Made by a program: the position numbers and the translations under genes. From Clostridia bacterium (GTDB taxonomy: Bacteria > Bacillota > Clostridia > UMGS1883 > UMGS1540), in assembly GCA_017450025.1 (NCBI GenBank), contig JAFSYJ010000039.1, positions 24,681 through 88,680 on the forward strand: a stretch of 64,000 nucleotides of DNA. Direction: 5' to 3'. Positions 19,502 through 28,988 of the stretch are shown here, piece by piece. The notes under the pieces were generated by a model, which made no database searches, was not told the origin of the DNA, and saw only the letters and a program-made list of their open reading frames with translations. Within the stretch, counting starts at the first letter, position 1. Every line of letters begins with the position of its first letter.

Positions 19502-20506
19502 TTAATATATCGTTTCAAAGGGATAATCGCTCTTAAACATACTCTCTATCCCCTCTGTCACGAATATCTTATTATCATCGGTCAAAAAAATTGCGTCAAA
19601 CCCTTTGTCCGCGCGCCAAAACTCCGTTCCCCTATCAAGTCCCATCACGAAAAGGGCGGTAGAAAGTCCGTCTGCCCTTGTGCCGTCAAAGCATACTATC
19701 GTGACAGATTTTAAACCACCGTTTGCAGGGTAGCCTGTTTTGGTGTCAAAAATATGATGATATATTTTTCCGTCTTTTTCAAAAAACCGCCTGTACCCGC
19801 CTGAGGTAACGACAGCCATATCAGACACAGATAAAATTCCTATATACGAATTGTCGCTGTCGGGATTCTGGATTGCAACTTGCCACTTTCCCCCGTCAGG
19901 CTTGTTGCCGAGCGTCTGTATATTTCCCCCTAAGGACACAATCGCAGAAGTAACACCCGCTTTGCGGAATCCTTCTGTTATCTTTTCCGAAAGATAACCT
20001 TTTGCAATTCCTCCCAAGTCAATTTCCGAATTGCCGCTTATAACTGCAAAATTGCCGTCAACGCCTATGTTTTTATAATTTACTTGCGGTAAAACGCTGT
20101 CGATTTTCTTTTGTGACGGAACGCGGTACTCTTTTGTGTAAAATCCCCATAAATCAGTCAGCGGTGCTATCGATATATCAAACGCGCCTTCCGTGGCTTC
20201 TGATATGTCAAGTGCTTTTTTTACAACATCTGCTGTGTCGGCTGATACAACGGCTTTTTTGTATTTATTAAGCTTATAGACATCGCTTTCCTCGCTGTCC
20301 CTCTTAAACAAACGCTCCAAACGGAATATTTCCTTTTCGGCTTCGTTTATTGCCTCCTCCGCATTATCGCCGTAAGCTTTGATTTCCATTACGGTATCCA
20401 TAGCGTAAACCGTCTTTTTATGCTCGTTTGAGCTGTTTTCCGTAGCCGCGCAGGATGACAGTAAAAAGACGAATACCGGGAGCAAAAACAATCTTTTTAT
20501 AACCAA
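19502..20506 (-). CDS. apbE: FAD:protein FMN transferase (ApbE family) lipoprotein
   Basis: ApbE-family motifs (AMDTVMEIK, APLTDLWG, GGIAKGY). The proposed start is a TTG at 20504-20506, giving MVIKRLFLLPVFVFLLSSC with the lipobox LSSC. It lies 12 nt past the stop of the upstream Gx gene, with an AGGAAG SD. The longer track ORF overlaps the Gx gene. Confidence 0.8.
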   Translation of the reverse strand: MVIKRLFLLPVFVFLLSSCAATENSSNEHKKTVYAMDTVMEIKAYGDNAEEAINEAEKEIFRLERLFKRDSEESDVYKLNKYKKAVVSADTADVVKKALDISEATEGAFDISIAPLTDLWGFYTKEYRVPSQKKIDSVLPQVNYKNIGVDGNFAVISGNSEIDLGGIAKGYLSEKITEGFRKAGVTSAIVSLGGNIQTLGNKPDGGKWQVAIQNPDSDNSYIGILSVSDMAVVTSGGYRRFFEKDGKIYHHIFDTKTGYPANGGLKSVTIVCFDGTRADGLSTALFVMGLDRGTEFWRADKGFDAIFLTDDNKIFVTEGIESMFKSDYPFETIY

Positions 20507-20517
20507 AAAAACACTTC

Positions 20518-21006
20518 CTATTTTAGATATTTTAAAACAAGTCCGGCACAAAGTCCTGTAAACACACCTGTTATTATGCCTGAAATTATCAAAAAAGGCA
20601 GATACCAAAAAATCTGCACGGTTTGCGTTATAATAGCCGCGACGCAAATCTGACCCGTATTATGAGCCATTGCCGCAAACGCGCTCACCGCCCAAAGCTT
20701 TTCCTTGCCTGAAATTTTAAGCATAAGACACATTACCAAAAAGCTTAATAGTCCGCCTGCTATGCTGTATAAAAAGCCAGTTACCGTACCTGCAAAAAGC
20801 GAGGCTAAAACTATCCTTACAAACAATACCGCAAGTGCTTCGCGCTTGCCGAAATAAACAAGCGTTATAAGCGTTATAATATTGGCAAGACCAAGCTTTA
20901 TACCCGGTATAGGAACAAGCGGCGGGATTTGGGCTTCAACCGCAAAAATCACAAGCGCAATGCAGGTCATAACAGATAAATACGCTATTTTTTTGCTTTT
21001 CATCAT
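20518..21006 (-). CDS. Gx transporter family membrane protein (heptaprenyl-diphosphate-synthase-component-I-like fold)
   Basis: 162 aa with 5 TM helices and a conserved IPGIKLGLANI motif. A recurrent neighbour of ApbE and NusG-II proteins in Firmicutes. Confidence 0.7.
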   Translation of the reverse strand: MMKSKKIAYLSVMTCIALVIFAVEAQIPPLVPIPGIKLGLANIITLITLVYFGKREALAVLFVRIVLASLFAGTVTGFLYSIAGGLLSFLVMCLMLKISGKEKLWAVSAFAAMAHNTGQICVAAIITQTVQIFWYLPFLIISGIITGVFTGLCAGLVLKYLK

Positions 21007-21007
21007 A

Positions 21008-21388
21008 TTATTGACCTCCTGCTACTGCATCAATTTCAGGCTTCCCCAAAATCACTACCGACAGTTTGTGCGGCAGACATATTATAGGCAAAGAGCCGCT
21101 GTACGCATAACCTTGCTTGACGCATATTTTATCAGGGCAGTCAGAATCCTTTATCATAATTTTCCCGTTTTCGACATATATAATGTTATACCCCCCGTCA
21201 TCTGTTTGTACCTTAAATTCGTATGGCTCATTAACTTCGGACAGGTTAATTGTTCTTATCACCTTGTCTCCAAGCTTTATTTGTGCAACAGTTCCTTGAT
21301 TTATGCCCTTGTTGCCAAGCGTCATAATAAGTAAGCATACAAGACAAATAAAAGCAAAAACAGATATGAGCTTTATGTCAGCTTTCAT
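21008..21388 (-). CDS. NusG domain II-containing membrane-anchored protein
   Basis: N-terminal signal anchor followed by a beta-rich domain of about 90 aa. ATG at 21386-21388 with a GGAGA RBS. Its stop abuts the Gx start. Confidence 0.6.
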   Translation of the reverse strand: MKADIKLISVFAFICLVCLLIMTLGNKGINQGTVAQIKLGDKVIRTINLSEVNEPYEFKVQTDDGGYNIIYVENGKIMIKDSDCPDKICVKQGYAYSGSLPIICLPHKLSVVILGKPEIDAVAGGQ

Positions 21389-21521
21389 ATTTTTCTCCAA
21401 TATAAAGTGTGATATTTAATAAAAAATATGATAACATAAGGCATAAAAAAAGTCAATGTCGGAATTGTTATTTTTTTGTCTATACTGTTAAAAAGTTGTC
21501 AAGCTTTTTTATAAAAAAATG

Positions 21522-21550
21522 TAGACAAAATGTCAAAAAACCTGTATAAT
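21522..21550 (+). promoter_or_regulatory. Putative sigma-A promoter of the rnf operon
   Basis: TAGACA, a 17-nt spacer, then TATAAT (21545-21550). It lies in an AT-rich 227-bp divergent region. Confidence 0.4.
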
Positions 21551-21627
21551 ATCGTAGTAAACCTTATCGAAATTTATAGGAAAACTCAAACATAATTGCG
21601 GTTTTTCATTAAGGAAAGGATAAAAAA

Positions 21628-22941
21628 ATGCGTTTTTTTAAGGGTGGTGTTCACCCATATGATGGTAAAGAATTGAGTAAAAACAAGCCTGTTTCAAAGC
21701 TTGATGCAGGCGAAGAACTTGTCTTCCCCATGCAGCAACACATTGGTGCGCCTGCCGCTCCGTGCTTAAAAAAAGGCGACTCTGTTCTGGTAGGTCAGAT
21801 TATAGGAACAGCGTCGGGCTTTGTCAGCGCAAATATTTTGAGTTCTGTTTCGGGAACGGTTAAAGCATTAGAGCCGCGTGCAATTGATAACGGCACAAAG
21901 GTTATGTCCGTTGTTGTTACAAACGACTTTGAATACCGTACAGTTGAAGGCTTTGGCAAAGATAAAAGCTATGAGGATATGGACAGAGACAGCTTTTTGG
22001 AAGCCGTTAAAAATGCCGGTATCGTCGGAATGGGCGGTGCGAACTTTCCTGCTCATATAAAGCTTGCGGCAGATCCTGAAAAGATAGACAGAATTATTGT
22101 AAACGCTTCGGAATGCGAACCGTATCTGACATCGGATTACCGTGCAATGCTTGAAAGAGCTGAAGAAATCATCGGCGGTCTTTCGGTGATACTCCATTTC
22201 TTCCCCAAAGCTTCCGGCGTTATAGCTGTGGAAGACAACAAGTCTGATGCGGCAGAGCATATACAAAGTCTTATCGGCGGACAAAAAAACATATCGCTCA
22301 AGGTTTTACAGACAAAATATCCGCAGGGCGCGGAGCGTATGCTGATTTATGCTGTAACAGGCAGACAGATAAACTCCAAAATGCTCCCTGCCGACGCAGG
22401 ATGCATAGTTCATAATATTGATACGGTTTGCTCCATATACCGCGCAATTTGTAAGTCAATTCCGAGTATCCGCCGTATAATTACAGTAACGGGTGACGCA
22501 ATAACAAATCCGCAGAATTTTGATGCTCCTCTCGGTATGAGCTTCCGCGAAGTGGTTGACGCCGCCGGTGGATTTAAAACAAATCCTCAAAAAATAATAT
22601 CAGGCGGTCCTATGATGGGTAAATCCATCTCTTCTTTAGATATACCCATTACTAAAGGAACTACATCTGTTTTGGCTTTAACAAAAGATCAGGCGTCCGC
22701 CAAATCCTCTAACTGCATCCGCTGCGGCAGATGTGTAAAGGCTTGCCCTGAGCATTTAGTACCGCAAAAGATCTCGGTTCTCGCGGCAGAACGCCAATAT
22801 GATGAATTTATAAAATGGAACGGCACAGAATGTGTTGGCTGCGGCTGCTGCAGCTATGTCTGCCCTGCCAAGAGACCTCTCTCGCAGGAAATCTCTACGG
22901 CACGCGCCAAGTCCATACAACTACTGAAATCCCGCAAATAA
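21628..22941 (+). CDS. rnfC: Rnf electron transport complex subunit C
   Basis: NADH-binding region and two 4Fe-4S motifs (CIRCGRCVKACP, CVGCGCCSYVCP). First gene of a C-D-G-E-A-B arrangement. Confidence 0.9.
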   Translation: MRFFKGGVHPYDGKELSKNKPVSKLDAGEELVFPMQQHIGAPAAPCLKKGDSVLVGQIIGTASGFVSANILSSVSGTVKALEPRAIDNGTKVMSVVVTNDFEYRTVEGFGKDKSYEDMDRDSFLEAVKNAGIVGMGGANFPAHIKLAADPEKIDRIIVNASECEPYLTSDYRAMLERAEEIIGGLSVILHFFPKASGVIAVEDNKSDAAEHIQSLIGGQKNISLKVLQTKYPQGAERMLIYAVTGRQINSKMLPADAGCIVHNIDTVCSIYRAICKSIPSIRRIITVTGDAITNPQNFDAPLGMSFREVVDAAGGFKTNPQKIISGGPMMGKSISSLDIPITKGTTSVLALTKDQASAKSSNCIRCGRCVKACPEHLVPQKISVLAAERQYDEFIKWNGTECVGCGCCSYVCPAKRPLSQEISTARAKSIQLLKSRK

Positions 22942-22955
22942 GGAAGTGATACATA

Positions 22956-24542
22956 ATGAGTGATTTAATGAATATATCAGCCTCGCCCCATATACGCGAT
23001 AATTCTTCAGTCCGCAGAATAATGCTCGATGTAATAATTGCGCTTATGCCTGCGGCAATTTACGGGGTATATCGCTTCGGTTGGTATTCTCTTTTGATTT
23101 TGGTAACTTGCATAATTGCTTCGATGTTTTTCGAAGCCCTGTTTCAAAAGTTCAGCGGCAAGGAAATCACTGTCAGCGATTGTTCTGCCGCTTTGACAGG
23201 CCTTTTAATAGGAATGAATATGCCTCCGCATATTCCTCTTTATATACCGATTATCGGCTGTGCTTTTGCAATAATTATGGTTAAGCAGATTTTTGGCGGA
23301 CTCGGTCACAATTTTATGAACCCAGCCCTCGCCGCAAGATGTTTTCTGCTTATTTCGTTTGCGCAGCATATGACATCGTTTTCTCTTGACGGCGTAAGCG
23401 GTGCAACTCCGCTCGCCATGCTTCAGGAAACAGGTACAGCAAGCCGTGAAACCGTAATAAATCTTATTACAGGTAATGTAAGCGGTACAATCGGCGAAAC
23501 AAGTGCCATCTTGCTTATCTTAGGCGGTATTTATCTTGTTATAAGAAAAGTCATATCCCCTGTAATTCCACTCACATATCTCGGAACTTTTATTGTTTTT
23601 ACGGTTATATTCGGCGGACACTTGGGACAAAGCGACTTTTTAATGTATGAACTCACACAGTTATTCGGCGGCGGTCTTATGATTGGCTCAATATTTATGG
23701 CAACAGATTATGCGACAAGCCCGATAACAAAAAAAGGCAGAATCATATATGGCGTGTTTATCGGTCTTTTGGCAGGAATGTTCCGTGTATTCGGCGCGAG
23801 TGCAAAGGGCGTATCGTATGCCATTATAACAGGAAATATGATCACTCCTCTTATTGACAAATATACTTGTCCTAAGGCGTTTGGCGTTGTTCGCGGCAAG
23901 CAAAAAAAGAGCGATAGTGAAACAGAGCCTGCTCAAAAGCAGCCTACCGAAAAATTCCGCGCTCCCGTTTCGGTAAAAGCAAAGACGCTGTGCGCAATGA
24001 TAAGTATAACTATTATTGCAGGTGCTGCTCTCGGATATATTTATCTGCAAACAAAAGACACTATTTCGCAGCGGCAAAAAGAAGAAACTTACGCCGCATA
24101 TTTTGAAATATGTGAAGGCGCAACGGAGTTTGACATTATTGACGCTGACTTTAAGTCTATACTGTCATCTTCGGACAGCGACTACGGAAATATCGAAATC
24201 GGAGATGTTTTGGAAGCAAAAGACAAAAGCGGCAACACCGTGGGTGCTGTTGTAGATATAACAAGCAAAGACGGCTACGGCGGCGACATCAGGCTTGTTG
24301 TGGGCGCTGACACAAACTCCACTGTAACAGGCGTTAAAATACTTAATATAAATGAAACCGCCGGACTCGGAATGAACGCCGAACGCGATATTGTTCCGCA
24401 GTACAAAGGCAAAAGCGGTCACCTTGATTTAACAAAGAACGGCGGCGAAATTCAAGCGATTTCAGGCGCGACGATAACTTCGAAGGCAGTAACCAACGCT
24501 GTAAACGCAGCTTTATATATTATCTCAAATTATAACAAGTAA
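22956..24542 (+). CDS. rnfDG: Fused Rnf subunits D and G in one 528-aa ORF
   Basis: Residues 1 to about 305 form a polytopic RnfD with the flavinylation motif SGATPLA. After a K/E-rich linker comes a TM helix and an RnfG/NqrC FMN-binding domain with SGATITS. No stop lies between them. Confidence 0.8.
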   Translation: MSDLMNISASPHIRDNSSVRRIMLDVIIALMPAAIYGVYRFGWYSLLILVTCIIASMFFEALFQKFSGKEITVSDCSAALTGLLIGMNMPPHIPLYIPIIGCAFAIIMVKQIFGGLGHNFMNPALAARCFLLISFAQHMTSFSLDGVSGATPLAMLQETGTASRETVINLITGNVSGTIGETSAILLILGGIYLVIRKVISPVIPLTYLGTFIVFTVIFGGHLGQSDFLMYELTQLFGGGLMIGSIFMATDYATSPITKKGRIIYGVFIGLLAGMFRVFGASAKGVSYAIITGNMITPLIDKYTCPKAFGVVRGKQKKSDSETEPAQKQPTEKFRAPVSVKAKTLCAMISITIIAGAALGYIYLQTKDTISQRQKEETYAAYFEICEGATEFDIIDADFKSILSSSDSDYGNIEIGDVLEAKDKSGNTVGAVVDITSKDGYGGDIRLVVGADTNSTVTGVKILNINETAGLGMNAERDIVPQYKGKSGHLDLTKNGGEIQAISGATITSKAVTNAVNAALYIISNYNK

Positions 24543-24578
24543 TTTTTGCCGTTACATTACGGCAGAACGGAGACATAT

Positions 24579-25253
24579 ATGAAAATTTTTGAACGATTAT
24601 ATAACGGCGTAGTAAAGGAAAACCCGACATTTGTTCTGATGCTGGGTATGTGCCCTACTCTTGCCGTAACAACATCTGCTTTAAACGGTATGCAGATGGG
24701 ACTGACAACCCTCGCGGTTCTTGCCGCGTCTAACCTTATTATTTCGCTTTTTAGAAGTGTAATTCCAAATAAGGTCAGAATCCCGTCATATATCGTTATT
24801 ATTGCATCACTCGTTACAGTTGTGCAGCTTTTACTTCAGGCATATTTGCCGTCGCTTTATTCGGCGCTCGGCATTTATATACCGCTCATTGTTGTAAACT
24901 GCATAATTTTGGGCAGAGCCGAAGCTTTTGCTTCCAAAAATCCTCCGCTTGTGTCTTTGTTTGACGGAATCGGTATGGGATTGGGCTTTACGGTCGCGCT
25001 GACCTTGATCGGTATGTTAAGAGAGCTTCTCGGAGCAGGAACTGTATTCGGCTTTAATGTTTTACCGCAGTCGGTTGAGCCGATTTCGATAATTATAATG
25101 GCTCCCGGTGCATTCTTTGTGCTTTGCTGGATAAATGCCGCAATAAACAAAATCAAAAAGAAAAATCCCAAATCACATGCAACCGCAAAGTCGTGCGGTG
25201 ATTGTGCAGGTTGTTCAATGTCGGGAGTATGCTCCGGCACTAAACAGGACTAA
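24579..25253 (+). CDS. rnfE: Rnf subunit E
   Basis: MLGMCPTLAVTTSA motif. Start at the ATG at 24579 after GGAG. Confidence 0.9.
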   Translation: MKIFERLYNGVVKENPTFVLMLGMCPTLAVTTSALNGMQMGLTTLAVLAASNLIISLFRSVIPNKVRIPSYIVIIASLVTVVQLLLQAYLPSLYSALGIYIPLIVVNCIILGRAEAFASKNPPLVSLFDGIGMGLGFTVALTLIGMLRELLGAGTVFGFNVLPQSVEPISIIIMAPGAFFVLCWINAAINKIKKKNPKSHATAKSCGDCAGCSMSGVCSGTKQD

Positions 25254-25283
25254 ACTCTTTTGAAAGGACAGGTGGATTTTTAA

Positions 25284-25862
25284 ATGTTTAAAGACCTTTT
25301 ATTTATAATGCTTGGCTCGGCTCTTGTAAACAATGTCGTTTTAAGCCAATTCCTCGGGCTTTGTCCGTTCTTGGGAGTTTCAAAAAAGACCGACACAGCG
25401 ATAGGGATGGGCTCGGCAGTTATATTTGTTATAACGATAGCCTCGGCTATAACAAGCCTTGTTTACACATATATACTTGTTAGATTTAATCTTGAGTTTT
25501 TAAACACCATAGCATTTATACTTGTAATTGCGGCTTTAGTGCAGTTTGTTGAGATGTTTTTGAAAAAGTTTTCTCCCCCTCTCTACAATTCGCTTGGCGT
25601 TTATTTGCCGCTTATTACAACGAATTGTGCAGTTTTGGGTGTAGCTCTTACAAATGTCCAAAAAGAATATGATTTTATCACAAGCGTTGCAAACGGCTTT
25701 GCAACTTCGGTTGGATTTACGATAGCAATTATCATTCTTGCAGGAATACGCGAAAGAATTGACGAAAAGGCTGTTCCCGAGTCATTCCGCGGCACGCCTA
25801 TAACTCTTGCAACAGCAGGACTTATGGCGCTCGCATTTTTTGGCTTTAAAGGACTTTTATAG
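25284..25862 (+). CDS. rnfA: Rnf subunit A
   Basis: RnfA/NqrE-like 6-TM protein of 192 aa. Ends with TAG. Confidence 0.9.
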   Translation: MFKDLLFIMLGSALVNNVVLSQFLGLCPFLGVSKKTDTAIGMGSAVIFVITIASAITSLVYTYILVRFNLEFLNTIAFILVIAALVQFVEMFLKKFSPPLYNSLGVYLPLITTNCAVLGVALTNVQKEYDFITSVANGFATSVGFTIAIIILAGIRERIDEKAVPESFRGTPITLATAGLMALAFFGFKGLL

Positions 25863-25904
25863 TTTTTGTAATAAATCAACATACCTAAAGAAAGGGGTTT
25901 CACA

Positions 25905-26708
25905 ATGCTCGAAGGTGTTATAATAACATCCGCTGTGCTCGGTGTGCTTGGATGTGTTATTGCCCTGATTTTGAATTTTGCAGGCGATAAATTTTATGTC
26001 AGTATAAATGAAAAAACAGAAAAAATAATTGAAGTTTTGCCGGGAAACAACTGCGGAGGATGCGGATACGCAGGCTGTAGCGCACTTGCCGAGGCGATTT
26101 CAAACGGAACTGCCGCTCCGAATGCGTGCCCTGTCGGAGGAAGCGAGCTGGCAAAGGAAATAGCAAAAATAACCGGCAAAAAAGCAGTTGACACCAAAAG
26201 AATGGTTGCATTTGTTCACTGCGGCGGCGACTGTGTAAAATCCGTCAGAAAAGGCGATTATAGCGGTTCCTCAAGCTGTATAAGTGCAAAAGCAGTACAG
26301 GGCAACGGCGGCAAGGCTTGTCTTTCCGGTTGTATGGGATACGGCACTTGCGTTGATGTATGTGAATTTGGCGCACTTTCCATAAAGAACGGCATAAGCG
26401 TTGTTGACAAAGAAAAATGCCGCGCATGCGGTAAATGTATAAAGGTTTGTCCAAACTCGCTTATTTCGTTTGTTCCGTATGACGCGGCAGTAACGGTAAA
26501 ATGCTCGTCGCAGGAGCGCGGTGCAGTTGTTAAAAGCCAATGCAGCGTAGGTTGTTTAGGCTGTACGCTTTGCACAAAACAATGTCCCGTCAACGCGATA
26601 CAAATGAACGGCAATGTCGCACGGATCGACTATTCTTTATGTACTTCTTGCGGTGCTTGCGCTGAAAAATGTCCTTCTAAATGTATTATCGTCAACACAG
26701 TTCAGTAA
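25905..26708 (+). CDS. rnfB: Rnf subunit B (polyferredoxin)
   Basis: N-terminal TM segment, then multiple 4Fe-4S CxxCxxCxxxCP motifs. Confidence 0.9.
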   Translation: MLEGVIITSAVLGVLGCVIALILNFAGDKFYVSINEKTEKIIEVLPGNNCGGCGYAGCSALAEAISNGTAAPNACPVGGSELAKEIAKITGKKAVDTKRMVAFVHCGGDCVKSVRKGDYSGSSSCISAKAVQGNGGKACLSGCMGYGTCVDVCEFGALSIKNGISVVDKEKCRACGKCIKVCPNSLISFVPYDAAVTVKCSSQERGAVVKSQCSVGCLGCTLCTKQCPVNAIQMNGNVARIDYSLCTSCGACAEKCPSKCIIVNTVQ

Positions 26709-26715
26709 ATATTAA

Positions 26716-26746
26716 AGGCAGGAAGCTTTAATTCCTGCCTTTTTTT
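26716..26746. terminator. Bidirectional terminator after rnfB and after the convergent SLH gene
   Basis: AGGCAGGAA-gctttaa-TTCCTGCCT followed by TTTTTT. Confidence 0.5.
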
Positions 26747-26749
26747 ATC

Positions 26750-28975
26750 TTATTTCTTTTTAGCTACGAGTACTCTTATTCTTCCGCCGCTTGAATCTGT
26801 TTTGTCGTTATACGCTGTAACAGTATAAGCAGACAGATTATTTACAAGCGTATTAAGGTCTATTACCTGATATTCGTAGTCATGCGTATTTTCATAAACA
26901 AGAATTCCGCTGTAAAGCTTATATGTGCCGTTTATATACGCATCCGAAATTGTTTTTACTTCCCCTACCTTTGTAAGCTGTGAAATGCTGTCAGGAACAG
27001 CGGAAAGTCCCGCTTTTATTTTTACAGGATTACCTGCATATACAGAAAATGACGAGCCTTGTGTTGATACACTTGTGAGATTTACTCCGTCATAATATGT
27101 GTATGTGCCAGAAAAAAACATAGGGTTTACATTTGAAGTTGCCTTTGTAACTATGCCGTACGAATATAAATCACCTGTTACATCGTTCAAAATCAACTTT
27201 GTTACCGCTCCGCTTGAATCTGTCTCGGCGTATAGAACTTCGTTCGGATTTATCTTTACGCCGTCAAGCCTTTGGGGGTAAACCTTGCCGTATGAAATAT
27301 TATTGTTTCCGTTTTTTTGGATTATCTCAAGAATTTCAATATTTTTTGAAATTTTTTTATCGTCAAACATCAGGTTTGAATAGTTAAACAATCCGCTGTA
27401 TGTCTTGGGTGCAATAAGAGATTTTGCCTTTGCCTTGCCGTTTTCAAAACTCAACCGCACCACCTGATTATCTGACACGGTGCTGTCCGTCTCGTATTCA
27501 TATACACTGCCGTCGCACAGTGCAACATTTATATAATTTGATGTATATTGCGTATTGCTCTGCGTTGTGTAGCTTCTGGAGCCTGACGAAACGACAAAGC
27601 CCACATATTCGTCATTTGAATCGTAAGGCGAAGTAACTCCCGCTATTTTTCTGTCTTTGCCTAAAAGCAGTTTAACTGTATCACCGTAAGCAAATTTGCC
27701 GTTTGACGAAAGCGCATTATATGCTTCCACACTTTCAATAGTGTATGTTTTGCCTGATACTACAACTGACTCGGGCGTGTTTTTGTTTGGCTGTGCAGAT
27801 TCATAAACACCTGTAACCGTATCGTTGTAAGCCCAAACTGTATTCAGGTTTTTGGAGTAGTATATAACATCGTTTGTGCTGACAGCATTTATATCTGCCT
27901 TTACGCCTGCGCGCATAACTGCGGCGTTTGACGAAATTCCGTATTTTGCAGTCCAGTCTCCGCTCTTAACAATATACGGCCCGTCAAGTTCGCTTTCGTA
28001 ATATACAATATAATCAAGTTCACCGTTTTCGGCATAGTGGAAATCAAGCGTGTCACCTGCTGACAGCACGGAATTCATAGAATCCACCGTCATTGTCTGG
28101 AGATTGTAATAAACAGTCTCGCCGCCCTGAAGTGTATAATCGGATATTGCGCCGTCCTTGAAAAGTATAATGTTGCTGCCCGAAACATCAAAAACGCTGT
28201 ATTTTACAGTATTTTTACTGTACGGGAAAAACGCCGTGATTTTTCCGTCTTTCATAATTGCGTCGCCCTTATACCCGACGAGCGAATAATCAAAATCATC
28301 GCTCACATCAAACAGCCCTTTTGCTGTATAAACCTTTCCCCGGCTCAGCCCTGTAACTTCGTTATACGAAGCGGCAATTACCATATCTTCCTCTATTGAG
28401 TATCCGAGCTTGGTAATATATTTTGTGCCGTTTGTGGCATTTAAAAGATTGTAGAACAAATGCGAAACCTGATCCCTTGTCAGCATCTGCCCGATATACG
28501 CATTCATACCGTTGCACAGTCCGTTCTTTTCACCTGCGTTCACGGGACCGTAAGGCCACGAGTATTGGAATTCCTCATCGGAATAGCCAAGCAGTCTGAG
28601 CGCGACCATAACGGCTTCTTCATATGTCACATTATTATCGGGTCTGAAGGTGCCGTCTATATATCCTGCAAAAATATTATTAACCGCTCCGAGATATACA
28701 TACGGCGCATACCACTTGTCGTATAAGACATCGGAAAACGGTGAAATTTTGAGCTTTGCCGCAACAGAGTTGCGAAGCGGTGAAGCCTCCAGTGCCATTT
28801 TGGAAAACTCGGCGCGCGTAACAAGCCTGTCGAGCCCCAAATCTCCGTCGCCGTAACCTACCATTACATCGAGATATGCAAGCATATCAAATCTGCTTGC
28901 AGGATTTGCGGCATTTGCCCCGACAGGTATTAAAATCAAAACGGCTGTCAGAATTGCCAGTAATCTTTTTTTCAA
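26750..28975 (-). CDS. Large S-layer-homology (SLH) domain cell-surface protein of unknown function
   Basis: Signal peptide (TTG-KKRLLAILTAVLILIPVGANA), then SLH repeats (GYGDG...VTRAEF, FSDV...WYAPYV...AGYIDGTFRPDNNVTYEEA), then about 550 aa with no recognisable catalytic motif. Start assigned to the TTG at 28973-28975, 8 nt after a perfect AAGGAGG. It lies 13 nt downstream of the FtsX permease stop. Confidence 0.7.
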   Translation of the reverse strand: MKKRLLAILTAVLILIPVGANAANPASRFDMLAYLDVMVGYGDGDLGLDRLVTRAEFSKMALEASPLRNSVAAKLKISPFSDVLYDKWYAPYVYLGAVNNIFAGYIDGTFRPDNNVTYEEAVMVALRLLGYSDEEFQYSWPYGPVNAGEKNGLCNGMNAYIGQMLTRDQVSHLFYNLLNATNGTKYITKLGYSIEEDMVIAASYNEVTGLSRGKVYTAKGLFDVSDDFDYSLVGYKGDAIMKDGKITAFFPYSKNTVKYSVFDVSGSNIILFKDGAISDYTLQGGETVYYNLQTMTVDSMNSVLSAGDTLDFHYAENGELDYIVYYESELDGPYIVKSGDWTAKYGISSNAAVMRAGVKADINAVSTNDVIYYSKNLNTVWAYNDTVTGVYESAQPNKNTPESVVVSGKTYTIESVEAYNALSSNGKFAYGDTVKLLLGKDRKIAGVTSPYDSNDEYVGFVVSSGSRSYTTQSNTQYTSNYINVALCDGSVYEYETDSTVSDNQVVRLSFENGKAKAKSLIAPKTYSGLFNYSNLMFDDKKISKNIEILEIIQKNGNNNISYGKVYPQRLDGVKINPNEVLYAETDSSGAVTKLILNDVTGDLYSYGIVTKATSNVNPMFFSGTYTYYDGVNLTSVSTQGSSFSVYAGNPVKIKAGLSAVPDSISQLTKVGEVKTISDAYINGTYKLYSGILVYENTHDYEYQVIDLNTLVNNLSAYTVTAYNDKTDSSGGRIRVLVAKKK

Positions 28976-28988
28976 TGTATTGTCCTCC

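Noticed and set aside
20507-20647. Long N-terminal extension of apbE (track start 20647, a TTG) overlapping the Gx transporter gene by 130 nt
   Set aside because: The extension is Arg/Cys-rich with no signal-peptide logic. The TTG at 20504-20506 yields a textbook lipoprotein signal peptide right after an SD, 12 nt beyond the Gx stop.
21440-21540. Possible Rex operator(s) in the rnf promoter region (recurrent TTGTC/TGTCAA words)
   Set aside because: No match to the TTGTGAA-N4-TTCACAA or TTGTTAA-N4-TTAACAA dyads. The words are explained by -35-like hexamers in AT-rich DNA.
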